From: an uncultured virus (IMG/VR IMGVR_UViG_3300047548_000593)
Taxonomy: Duplodnaviria; Heunggongvirae; Uroviricota; Caudoviricetes
IMG/VR virus record: IMGVR_UViG_3300047548_000593
Direction: 5' to 3' (one strand)
Length of the DNA stretch: 20,000 nt
Shown here piece by piece: positions 8,009-16,051 of this stretch. The position numbers were made by a program, and so were the translations under genes. The notes under the pieces were generated by a model, which made no database searches, was not told the DNA's origin, and was given only the letters and a program-made list of their open reading frames with translations. The stretch's first letter is position 1. Each line of letters starts with the position of its first letter.

Positions 8009-8998
8009 ATGAATTCAGACAAAGAAAAGATACTAATCATTGATGGAGATCTGATCGCATACAGATATGCCGCCGCCGCTGAAGAAAGAAGTGTCATCGT
8101 AAAGCATCTAAAAACAGGAAAAGAAAAAGAGTTTAAGAATCGAACAGAATTCAAGGACTTATTAAAAGAAAAAGGCATGGAGTATAAACCAGAAGCCTAC
8201 CAGATTGTAGATGTGCAAAAACCTGAAGATGTTTCCTTTGCATTGGGGACAATCAAGAGACTGATTACAAAACTTCAGGATTTTAGTTGGTGCGACAGAA
8301 CTGAAATTTATTTGGGATCAGGGAAGACTTTTAGGCACAGCTTACCTCTTCCAACTCCATATAAAGATAACAGAGAAGGTCTACTAAAACCTGTTCATCT
8401 AGAGGCAGCAAGAGACTACATGAAATCAAAATACAATGCAAAGATTATTTCTGACATTGAAGTTGATGACATGGTGACAATCAGAGCATATGAAGAGCTA
8501 TCTCAAAATAATGAACCAATCTTAGCCAGCGTAGATAAGGACAGCTACCAAAGCCAAGGGGTTGTTTTACTGAACTGGATGAATGAAGACTGGAAGCTAG
8601 AGAAGATTCCAGAGGTCGGTGACCTATACAAAGATAAAGCAGCTATCAAAGGCAGAGGGTTAAAATTCTTAGCCTTTCAAACACTAGCTGGTGACAATGC
8701 AGACACTTACTGCGGTTACCAACTGTCCAAGTTAAAGTATGGCCCCACAAAGGCCATGAAAGCCCTTGAGAGCGCTAAAACAGAGCAGGAGGTTATGCAG
8801 GTACTGGTCAACGAGTACAAGCGCCTGTATCCCGATCCTGTTGAATATACAGACTGTCATGGTCAGCATCATGTAGCCGATTGGCACGATTTGCTCAAGC
8901 TGTATTGGCAGTGTGCTTACATGAAACGTTCCAGAAAAGACACCGGAAACATCAAAGAATTTTGCAAGCTAAGGGGAATTGAAATTGAAATACCGTAA
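8009..8998 (+). CDS. 5'-3' exonuclease (T7 gp6/FEN-like)
   Basis: IIDGDLIAY, YKDNR, EVDD, SVDKD and GDNAD motifs. Confidence 0.9.
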   Translation: MNSDKEKILIIDGDLIAYRYAAAAEERSVIVKHLKTGKEKEFKNRTEFKDLLKEKGMEYKPEAYQIVDVQKPEDVSFALGTIKRLITKLQDFSWCDRTEIYLGSGKTFRHSLPLPTPYKDNREGLLKPVHLEAARDYMKSKYNAKIISDIEVDDMVTIRAYEELSQNNEPILASVDKDSYQSQGVVLLNWMNEDWKLEKIPEVGDLYKDKAAIKGRGLKFLAFQTLAGDNADTYCGYQLSKLKYGPTKAMKALESAKTEQEVMQVLVNEYKRLYPDPVEYTDCHGQHHVADWHDLLKLYWQCAYMKRSRKDTGNIKEFCKLRGIEIEIP

Positions 8999-9278
8999 AA
9001 AGCCTGTTGTAGTTGAAGCTATTCAGTGGGATGGTACAAGACGAGGGATTGCATTCATTGAAGCTGCATTCAGAAAATTACAGACTAATTGTATAACTTA
9101 CGCTATGGGGGATATTTACACTGAACCTGTAAGTTGGACTATCCATACACTTGAAGGTCTGATTACAGCTTTACCGGGTGATTTCATTATCAAAGGTGTC
9201 AACGGTGAATTTTATCCCTGCAAACCAGATATCTTCGAAAAGACTTATGAAAGGGTTGACGATGAGCCTAACAACTGA
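8985..9278 (+). CDS. KYRKKPVV...TLEG...GEFYPCKPDIFEKTY family protein (PGDYG-like; possible cyclic-nucleotide sponge)
   Basis: A very recognisable small phage family. TTG 8985 lies 8 nt after AAGGGG, and TTG 8979 is the alternative start. The function is tentative. Confidence 0.8.
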   Translation: MKYRKKPVVVEAIQWDGTRRGIAFIEAAFRKLQTNCITYAMGDIYTEPVSWTIHTLEGLITALPGDFIIKGVNGEFYPCKPDIFEKTYERVDDEPNN

Positions 9279-9480
9279 AGACGTAGTTTATAGACTATAT
9301 AAAAGAGCAGAGATCCGCAGGCAGATTCCCAGTCGTAAATCAGTGCAAGAGGGAAAGCCCGACAGGATTGCAGACCTTCTTGAAGAAGCGGCAAGAGAGA
9401 TTATGCTCTTAAGAAGATCAGTAAGTAGTTTAGCATTCCAGATCAATGATCTAGAAAAGAGAATCTATGAAGGAGCATAA
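9262..9480 (+). CDS. Conserved phage hypothetical protein (RAEIRRQI..RKSV.EGKPDRIADLLEEAA)
   Basis: Start moved to ATG 9262 after GAAAGGG. Confidence 0.75.
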   Translation: MSLTTEDVVYRLYKRAEIRRQIPSRKSVQEGKPDRIADLLEEAAREIMLLRRSVSSLAFQINDLEKRIYEGA

Positions 9481-9976
9481 GACAAAAGAGTTGTACAATA
9501 CAACTGATGTCAAGCAAGTCAGAGAGTTTCTTACGAAAGAGCAAGGCAATCTTGATGCTTTGACCGGACTACCGATTGAGCCAAAGCAGCATGTACTGGA
9601 TCATTGCCATAAGACAATGCTAGTTCGTGCTGTCCTGTCCAGACAGACAAATGCTTCTTTAGGTAAGATTGAAAATGTTTGGACAAGGTATCTAAGCTAC
9701 TGGTATCCTCACGACTTACCTACATTCCTTGAGCAGTGTGCTGAGTATCTACGCAAGGAGAAGGATCATAGATGGTATCATCCTCAGTGGATCAAGAAGA
9801 TCAATACTGAATTCAATAAACTCAGGGAAGCAGACAAGGACGAAGTACTGCATCAGCTACTAGGGAAGAAGGGTAAGAATGCTTCAGAAAGAAAGCAACT
9901 TTTTCAGCAACTAGTATTGACAAAGGAGTTTGGTTATGATACACTTCGCTCTGTCATCAACAATGTGAAAGGCTAA
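9467..9976 (+). CDS. Recombination endonuclease VII-like resolvase
   Basis: VLDHCH..VRAVL....N..LGKIE matches the endo VII His-Me core. Confidence 0.8.
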   Translation: MKEHKTKELYNTTDVKQVREFLTKEQGNLDALTGLPIEPKQHVLDHCHKTMLVRAVLSRQTNASLGKIENVWTRYLSYWYPHDLPTFLEQCAEYLRKEKDHRWYHPQWIKKINTEFNKLREADKDEVLHQLLGKKGKNASERKQLFQQLVLTKEFGYDTLRSVINNVKG

Positions 9977-9977
9977 C

Positions 9978-10178
9978 ATGAAAGTAAGAGTTGTAAGTTG
10001 TCAAAACCCAATTCTTTGGTACAACAAACATATCGGTGAAGAGTTTATTGTTCATTTCATCGAAGACCAAGCATATTGGACAAGAGAGCGAGATGGTGTA
10101 TTTAACTGTCTTAACTGGATTCACAGAGACGATTGTACTATCGTTGAAGGTAATATTGAAACGAAAGGAAATGAATGA
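9978..10178 (+). CDS. Hypothetical protein
   Basis: Tightly packed ORF with an SD and an ATGA overlap downstream. Confidence 0.75.
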   Translation: MKVRVVSCQNPILWYNKHIGEEFIVHFIEDQAYWTRERDGVFNCLNWIHRDDCTIVEGNIETKGNE

Positions 10179-11167
10179 TCACCTCAAGGCACTCAAACGA
10201 AACTATCTCAAAGATTGTTGAGCTTAAACACAAAGGTCTATCTAGCCGAGCTATTGCTGAAGAACTAGGCATCAGCAAAACAAGTGTTAATGAAACCTAC
10301 AACCGTTGGTCACAAGGTATTTTGACAAATGACTATCCAGATGGAGAACTGGAGTACCAAGAAGTAGGTAACCAATTCTTCCGAGAGCGAGGCCCACGGA
10401 TTCTCTTCTTTGATCTGGAAAGCACACCAAGTATTGTTGCTACTTTTGGACGTTGGAAGCAGAACATTGGAACAGAGTCTGTACTACGAGAAGGTGGCTA
10501 TCTTCTATCAGCTTGCTGGAAGTTCTATGGCGATGAAAACGTTACCCGAATGGTATTGACACCAGAGGAAGCAAAAGCTGGAGATGATGTTCGAATTGTC
10601 TGCGGTCTATTCGAAGCCTTTGAACAAGCCGACATTGTAGTTGCTCATAACGCTGTAAAGTTTGATGTGCCTCTATTCAAGACTCGTCTTATCTCAAACA
10701 ACATGCCTCCACCAAAGGCTGTAAAAGTTGTAGATACACTTCAGATTGCTAAGACTCTGCGCTTCAACAGCAATAAGCTAGATTCACTTGGCAACTATCT
10801 GAACGTAGGTCGAAAGATCGAGACTACAGGTATTTCTCTTTGGATTCGTTGCATGAACGGTGACAAAGAAGCCCTTGAGTCTATGGTTACCTATAATGAA
10901 CAAGATGTAGTCCTTCTTGAGAATGTCTACAAGAAGCTACGCGCCTTTGACAAGCGTCCAGCTAATGCAGGTCACTACTATCATGATGAGCATAGTCGTT
11001 GTCCTGTTTGCGGATCTGATGATGTCGAAGAGACTGGAAATGTAGTGTATACTGCTGTTTCATCGTTTGCTGAAGTTGTCTGCAATGACTGCGGTCATCG
11101 TAGCCGAACAAGGCAAGCTCTAAATAGTAAGCACGACCGAGCAAAACTATTGGTTCCTGCTCAATAA
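10175..11167 (+). CDS. HTH + DEDD (RNase H-like/YprB-type) 3'-5' exonuclease + C-terminal zinc ribbon
   Basis: HTH SSRAIAEELGISKTSV, then FDLES, AHNAVKFD and YNEQDV, then CPVC...CNDC. Confidence 0.85.
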   Translation: MITSRHSNETISKIVELKHKGLSSRAIAEELGISKTSVNETYNRWSQGILTNDYPDGELEYQEVGNQFFRERGPRILFFDLESTPSIVATFGRWKQNIGTESVLREGGYLLSACWKFYGDENVTRMVLTPEEAKAGDDVRIVCGLFEAFEQADIVVAHNAVKFDVPLFKTRLISNNMPPPKAVKVVDTLQIAKTLRFNSNKLDSLGNYLNVGRKIETTGISLWIRCMNGDKEALESMVTYNEQDVVLLENVYKKLRAFDKRPANAGHYYHDEHSRCPVCGSDDVEETGNVVYTAVSSFAEVVCNDCGHRSRTRQALNSKHDRAKLLVPAQ

Positions 11168-11169
11168 GC

Positions 11170-11178
11170 TGCTATAAT
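11170..11178 (+). promoter_or_regulatory. Extended -10 promoter
   Basis: TGcTATAAT with TTGGTT 17 bp upstream (11150-11155). Confidence 0.7.
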
Positions 11179-11180
11179 TT

Positions 11181-11207
11181 TCCCTGCGCTAGTCGCAGGG
11201 ATTTTTT
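11181..11207 (+). terminator. Rho-independent terminator
   Basis: TCCCTGCG-ctagt-CGCAGGGA followed by TTTTTT. Confidence 0.85.
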
Positions 11208-11222
11208 GTCAAAGGAGAAATC

Positions 11223-11399
11223 ATGAAGATGAAAAAATGGGCTGAATGGTTTGTGGTAAGGCGGTTAGATTTTGTGCTATACTTTATCTGGCTTGTTATC
11301 TTACCGATATACTGGTTCTGGTATATGCCAAAAGCAATGAACGATGCAGTAGATGATCTTGAAGACTTAAAAGGAGCGATTAATGAATACCGAAAATAA
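11223..11399 (+). CDS. 58-aa Trp-rich single-pass membrane protein (not in ORF track)
   Basis: SD AAGGAG. Hand translation gives MKMKKWAEWFVVRRLDFVLYFIWLVILPIYWFWYMPKAMNDAVDDLEDLKGAINEYRK. Confidence 0.75.
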   Translation: MKMKKWAEWFVVRRLDFVLYFIWLVILPIYWFWYMPKAMNDAVDDLEDLKGAINEYRK

Positions 11400-11904
11400 C
11401 ACTTTCGAACTGTTTGCAGAAGCCTGCTATGTGTTTAACGAAGTAGCTGAAAAATCAACGAAGGTTTCCTTCAACGATATTTATCAGCAATACAAGCTGA
11501 TTGAAGAAGAACTGAAAGAGACTAAAGATGCCTTAGCTACAAACAATCCACAAGAGGTTCTTGATGGTGCAATAGATGTTCTAGTAACAACTATCGGTCT
11601 ATTGCAGAAGCTAGAAAACCTTGGAGTAAACGTCTCTCGTGGTTTGACTAAAACAGCAGTCAACAACATGACCAAGTTTGTTTACACCGAAGCTGATGCA
11701 CTTGAAACAGTAGATATGTATGACAAGCAAAAAGAAGATGTGTTTGTTACCTACAATGCAAAGCACGACTGTTTTGTAATCAAAGACAAACACGATAAAG
11801 TACGAAAGCCTTCGACATTTCTTCGAAACACTCTGGATGACTGCATTCCAGACAACCTGAAGGAAGGTTTTGAAGATTTCTCTACAATTGTAGATGAGGA
11901 TTAA
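11383..11904 (+). CDS. MazG-like / PRA-PH-like all-alpha NTP pyrophosphohydrolase
   Basis: LIEEELKE...EVLDGAID...NNMTK...KVRKP. Confidence 0.85.
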   Translation: MNTENNTFELFAEACYVFNEVAEKSTKVSFNDIYQQYKLIEEELKETKDALATNNPQEVLDGAIDVLVTTIGLLQKLENLGVNVSRGLTKTAVNNMTKFVYTEADALETVDMYDKQKEDVFVTYNAKHDCFVIKDKHDKVRKPSTFLRNTLDDCIPDNLKEGFEDFSTIVDED

Positions 11905-12477
11905 ATGCAGAAAGACTTTACACTAAACCTTTGGGATGTACGTTTGAACGATGGCAATACTTACGAAGCCATTGGAGATCCGGGAACAGGTTGTGCGGAA
12001 TGTGCTTTATGCTATAAAGAAGATCTCTGCATAAGTGCAAATATAATCACAGACCAACTCTGTAGTAAACAAAACATTGTTTGGAGGAAAAAGGAAATGT
12101 TGAAATCAGCAACTCAAGAGATGCTTGAATTTGATGTGTCAAGTTTAGTTGACAAACCAGAGGAAGTACAAGTCCCCGGTACTAAGTACGACAAGGATAA
12201 GTTGCAATACAGCCTTATCCCATCTTACGCCCTTCAAGAGGTAGCTCGTAACCTAACTATCGGTTTGAAGAAGTACAAAGAGCGAGACAACTGGAAGAAG
12301 GTTCCAGAGGCTCAACAGCGTTATCTGGATGCCCTTTACAGGCACCTAGAAGCTCATAGGAGAGGCGAACTGTATGACCCTGATAGCTCGGTGCCAGACA
12401 TGCTTCATTTAGCTGCTGTAGCCGTTAATGCAATGTTCTTGATGGAGTTCCTTCTCAACCCTGACCTAAAGGATTAA
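11905..12477 (+). CDS. dATP/dGTP diphosphohydrolase-like protein (DUF5664) with Cys-rich N-terminal extension
   Basis: GTKYDKDKLQYSLIP...GLKKY..DNWKK...YLDALYRHL...DPDS...HLAAVAVNAMFL. Confidence 0.85.
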   Translation: MQKDFTLNLWDVRLNDGNTYEAIGDPGTGCAECALCYKEDLCISANIITDQLCSKQNIVWRKKEMLKSATQEMLEFDVSSLVDKPEEVQVPGTKYDKDKLQYSLIPSYALQEVARNLTIGLKKYKERDNWKKVPEAQQRYLDALYRHLEAHRRGELYDPDSSVPDMLHLAAVAVNAMFLMEFLLNPDLKD

Positions 12478-12478
12478 C

Positions 12479-12628
12479 ATGCTTGTTTTGGCCTTTTCGT
12501 TTATCGCTGTATCATCGGTAATGATCTTTCTGTTGTGTCTTGCGGCTATAGTTAAATACTATCTCAAGCATAGAAAGAATAGTCCTGAATCGGGTCAGAA
12601 TGACCTTGATTTACCAGACTCCCTGTGA
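12479..12628 (+). CDS. 49-aa single-pass membrane protein (not in ORF track)
   Basis: SD AAAGGA. Hand translation gives MLVLAFSFIAVSSVMIFLLCLAAIVKYYLKHRKNSPESGQNDLDLPDSL. Confidence 0.7.
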   Translation: MLVLAFSFIAVSSVMIFLLCLAAIVKYYLKHRKNSPESGQNDLDLPDSL

Positions 12629-12634
12629 TATAAT
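12606..12634 (+). promoter_or_regulatory. Sigma70 promoter for the RNR operon
   Basis: TTGATT, 17 bp spacer, TATAAT, with an extended TG. Confidence 0.85.
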
Positions 12635-12662
12635 CCTAAGTTCCACTTGATTTTGAGGTATC

Positions 12663-13082
12663 ATGAAAATCAGAAAACAAAAAAATATTCGTCCAAGCAG
12701 CATTGTAGCTTTGTGCATTATCTCCGAATCAGAGATTGTGAAAGCTATTCCAAACTACACTTGTGAGTTTGAGCAAAATGAAGCTAAGTTTAAATTGTTC
12801 CTATATCATATGGGGATGGACATTCAAAAGCCTATTCTTCGGCAAGACGGTTTACAGCACCGTAATCGATTAAATGAAATCGTTGTGTGCAGTCGCTGGG
12901 TAGGTGAAGAACGAACTGACGAAAGCTGGATTAACAGCGGTTATGCCAGTAAAGAAGCAAAGGACAAAGCAAGTGGCAGTAGAATTCTAGAAGACTTGTA
13001 TCGAAGCCGGTATCTGACCGAAGATGCTCAAGCTCTACTAGAAGCACGAGATAAATATGCAAAAGTAAACGAAGAGGAATAA
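12663..13082 (+). CDS. Hypothetical protein, first gene of the RNR operon
   Basis: SD GAGGT. It stops 1 nt before the RNR beta start. Confidence 0.8.
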   Translation: MKIRKQKNIRPSSIVALCIISESEIVKAIPNYTCEFEQNEAKFKLFLYHMGMDIQKPILRQDGLQHRNRLNEIVVCSRWVGEERTDESWINSGYASKEAKDKASGSRILEDLYRSRYLTEDAQALLEARDKYAKVNEEE

Positions 13083-13083
13083 T

Positions 13084-14061
13084 ATGGACAATCACCTGTT
13101 GCCGGTAAACAACACAAAAGAACCAGTAGAATTTGCCGACCAGCAACTCAAGGTATTCTGGCTACCTGATGAAATCAAAGTAGAAAAGGATATTCAAGAT
13201 GTGCTAGTTAATTTCAGCGAAGCAGAAAAGCATGCTGTTATTACTACCCTCAAGCTATTCAGCCTTTATGAAACACATGCTGGCTCAGAGTACTGGGGAG
13301 GACGCTTTAAGAATATGTTTGATGCTGCTGAGTTTCATCGGATGGCTTCGGTGTTCAGTATGTTTGAACTAGCTGTTCATGCTCCGTTCTACAACAAGAT
13401 CAACCAGCTTCTGCATATCGACACACCAGAGTTCTATCTGTCTTATCTGGATAACCCTGTGCTCAAGGAGCGAATCGAGCACATTTCAGAGATTATTGAC
13501 GATAAGGATGATCTAGTATCGCTAGGTGGTTTCTCGATGGTTGAGGGTGGAATCTTGTACAGTGCATTCGCTTTCCTAAAGCACTATCAATCACAAGGCA
13601 AGAACAAGCTCATGAACGTAATCCGAGGAATCAATTTCTCTGTACGTGATGAAAATATTCATGCCAAGGGTGGTGCTTGGGCGTTTCGCTACAAGCTAAG
13701 TAAGCTAGGTAAAGGCCCAATGATCGATGCTTACAAGAAGCAACTAGAAGAAAAACTGCGGCAGACTGCAAGAAAGATCTATGAACACGAATGTCAGATC
13801 ATTGCCATGCTTTTCGAGAAGGGCAAGATCGAAGGTATCACTGCTCATCAGCTAGAGAACTTTGTTCAGTCTCGTCTTAACGAATGTCTCAAGGAATTAG
13901 GATTTGCGAAAGAGTACGATGTGAAGTATAATCCTATCTCTGAGTGGTTCTACAAGGGTATCAATGACTATACCTTCAACGACTTCTTCAGCGGCATGGG
14001 TAACCAATACCATCGAAATTGGGATCAAACAGCATTTGTATGGAAGGGCAACAATGAGTGA
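13084..14061 (+). CDS. nrdB: Class I ribonucleotide reductase beta subunit
   Basis: FWLPDEI...D, E63, E95/H99, Y103, VEGGILYSAF, RDENIH, and C-terminal DFF...Y. Confidence 0.93.
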   Translation: MDNHLLPVNNTKEPVEFADQQLKVFWLPDEIKVEKDIQDVLVNFSEAEKHAVITTLKLFSLYETHAGSEYWGGRFKNMFDAAEFHRMASVFSMFELAVHAPFYNKINQLLHIDTPEFYLSYLDNPVLKERIEHISEIIDDKDDLVSLGGFSMVEGGILYSAFAFLKHYQSQGKNKLMNVIRGINFSVRDENIHAKGGAWAFRYKLSKLGKGPMIDAYKKQLEEKLRQTARKIYEHECQIIAMLFEKGKIEGITAHQLENFVQSRLNECLKELGFAKEYDVKYNPISEWFYKGINDYTFNDFFSGMGNQYHRNWDQTAFVWKGNNE

Positions 14062-15754
14062 AAATATCTACAAGCGACTAAGCGAAGAACGCAAGGAACT
14101 ACAAGCCAAGGGACTAGTCCCTGAATGGTATACAACCGCTGGCTACCAAATGTTTAAGGAGAAGTATGAATATCAAACAGAAGGTCGCTCTGTTCGTGGA
14201 CAGTTTGAGCGAATTGCCAAGACTGCTGCAAAGCATATTTCTGATAAGTTCCCTGAAGCTGAAGATCGCTTCTTCCGTTTGCTTTGGAATGGTTGGCTAT
14301 CAGCCTCTACTCCTGTTCTAGCCAACATGGGAACCAGCCGAGGTATGCCAGTCTCTTGCTCTGGAACGGTTGCTGATGACTCTGTAGATGGCTTCTATAC
14401 CAACCTGCATGAAGTAGCTATGCTAACCAAGTATGGCTTTGGTACTGCAACAGATCTGAGTAACATTCGTCCTCGTGGGGCTAAGATCAGCGTAGGCGGT
14501 AAAGCTAGTGGTGTTATGCCAGTGATCAAAGAGCACGTAAACGCTATGCGTAATATTGCTCAAGGTACTGCTCGTAGAGGTGCTTGGGCTGCTTACCTGA
14601 ATATCGAACACGGTGACTTCCGAGAAGTAGCTGATCATATTCTAGCCGAGCCAGATGATCTGAATATCGGTTGGACTATTAAGCAGTCTTTTATTGATCG
14701 TCTAAACGCTGGTGATCAGGATGCTATCGAACGCTTCCAGAAAGCCATGAAGATTAAGATGGTTACAGGCAAGGGTTATTTCTTCTTTGTCGATAAGGCA
14801 AATGCAAAGCGCCCAGTCATGTATCGTGATCTAGGTCTGATGATCAACAACTCTCAGCTATGCTCAGAGATTATGTTGTTCAACGATGAAGATCATACTT
14901 ACACTTGTGTTCTGTCTTCAATGAATGCAGCTAAGTGGGAAGAGTGGAAAGATACTGACGCTGTATACTGGGCTACTGTCTTCCTAGACTGTGTAGCAGA
15001 AGAGTTTATCGCCAAGGCAGATGGCATTAAAGGGCTTGAGAAGGCTGTTCGGTTTACTCGTAAGGGTAGAGCACTAGGGCTTGGTCTTTGTGGCATTCAC
15101 ACGCTGTTTATGCAGAAGATGCTACCCTTTGAGAGCTTTGAAGCTCACATGCTAAGTCAAGACATTCAGGCTCATATTTGGAAGCAAGCTCAAGAAGCAA
15201 CTAAGCATATGGCTATTGCTCTAGGTGAACCTGAGTGGTGCAAAGGCTACGGTGTCCGTAATACTCACCTGATTGCTATTGCCCCTACAAAGTCAACTGC
15301 TCTGCTTATGGGCGGTGTTTCTGAAGGTATCAATCCAGATCCAGCTATGAGCTTTACCCAGATGACTGCCGCTGGTGAAGTAGACAGACTAAACCCTGTA
15401 TTGCTTGACCTAATGAAAGAAAAAGGTGTTTATACTAAGAAGCATGTTCAAGAGATTACCGACAAGCAGGGTTCTGTTCAGCACGTAGATTGGTTAACTG
15501 ATAAAGAAAAGGAAATTTTCAAGACAGCCTTCGAAATCAATCAGAAAGCTATCTTGCGACTAGCCTCTGCTCGTAGTCGATATATCGATCAATGGCAGTC
15601 ACTGAATCTGTTCTTTGCCGCTGATGAAGATCCTGCTTGGATTGCAGAGGTTCATAAGGAAGCCTTTGAAGATCCAAACATTCTAGCTTTGTATTATGTC
15701 TATACACAAGCTGGTGTGCAAGCTGCAAAAGGTGAATGTGAAGCGTGTCAATAA
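14054..15754 (+). CDS. nrdA: Class I ribonucleotide reductase alpha subunit (compact, no evident ATP cone)
   Basis: STPVLAN, PVSC, RRGA, SQLCSEI, TCVLSS, APT, LYY and terminal CEAC. Start moved to ATG 14054. Confidence 0.95.
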   Translation: MSENIYKRLSEERKELQAKGLVPEWYTTAGYQMFKEKYEYQTEGRSVRGQFERIAKTAAKHISDKFPEAEDRFFRLLWNGWLSASTPVLANMGTSRGMPVSCSGTVADDSVDGFYTNLHEVAMLTKYGFGTATDLSNIRPRGAKISVGGKASGVMPVIKEHVNAMRNIAQGTARRGAWAAYLNIEHGDFREVADHILAEPDDLNIGWTIKQSFIDRLNAGDQDAIERFQKAMKIKMVTGKGYFFFVDKANAKRPVMYRDLGLMINNSQLCSEIMLFNDEDHTYTCVLSSMNAAKWEEWKDTDAVYWATVFLDCVAEEFIAKADGIKGLEKAVRFTRKGRALGLGLCGIHTLFMQKMLPFESFEAHMLSQDIQAHIWKQAQEATKHMAIALGEPEWCKGYGVRNTHLIAIAPTKSTALLMGGVSEGINPDPAMSFTQMTAAGEVDRLNPVLLDLMKEKGVYTKKHVQEITDKQGSVQHVDWLTDKEKEIFKTAFEINQKAILRLASARSRYIDQWQSLNLFFAADEDPAWIAEVHKEAFEDPNILALYYVYTQAGVQAAKGECEACQ

Positions 15755-15765
15755 AAAGGAGAGAA

Positions 15766-16008
15766 ATGAAAAATCTAGTTGTATTTAAGGCATCTTGGTG
15801 CCAACCTTGTAAGGGTCTATCGATGGTTCTGAATAATACAGATCTCGGTATTCCAGTATCAACTATCGACATCGATGAAGATACAGAAGCTGTTCGTGAA
15901 TATTCAATCACTGGTGTTCCTACACTACTACTGATTGAAGATAATCAAGTTATTAGGCGTAAGTCTGGTGCTATGACTTCACAGCAACTAAAAGACTTTG
16001 TAGCATAA
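15766..16008 (+). CDS. Thioredoxin
   Basis: ASWCQPCK and GVPT. Start moved to ATG 15766 after AAGGAG. Confidence 0.92.
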   Translation: MKNLVVFKASWCQPCKGLSMVLNNTDLGIPVSTIDIDEDTEAVREYSITGVPTLLLIEDNQVIRRKSGAMTSQQLKDFVA

Positions 16009-16051
16009 AAAGAAAAACCCCTTGGCTAATAACCAAGGGGTTTATTTATTT
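16007..16051. terminator. Bidirectional terminator between convergent arms
   Basis: 11-bp perfect stem AAACCCCTTGG-ctaataa-CCAAGGGGTTT, with an A-tract on the left and T-rich sequence on the right. Confidence 0.92.

Noticed and set aside
11383..12477. A 2-aminoadenine (dZ) or 7-deazaguanine genome
   Set aside because: DUF5664 and MazG-like genes alone are not diagnostic, and no synthesis genes are in the window.
2401..15754. Inteins, introns or homing endonucleases in helicase, polymerase or RNR
   Set aside because: The ORFs are continuous, with no intein-like C...HN boundaries or LAGLIDADG motifs seen at the usual insertion sites.
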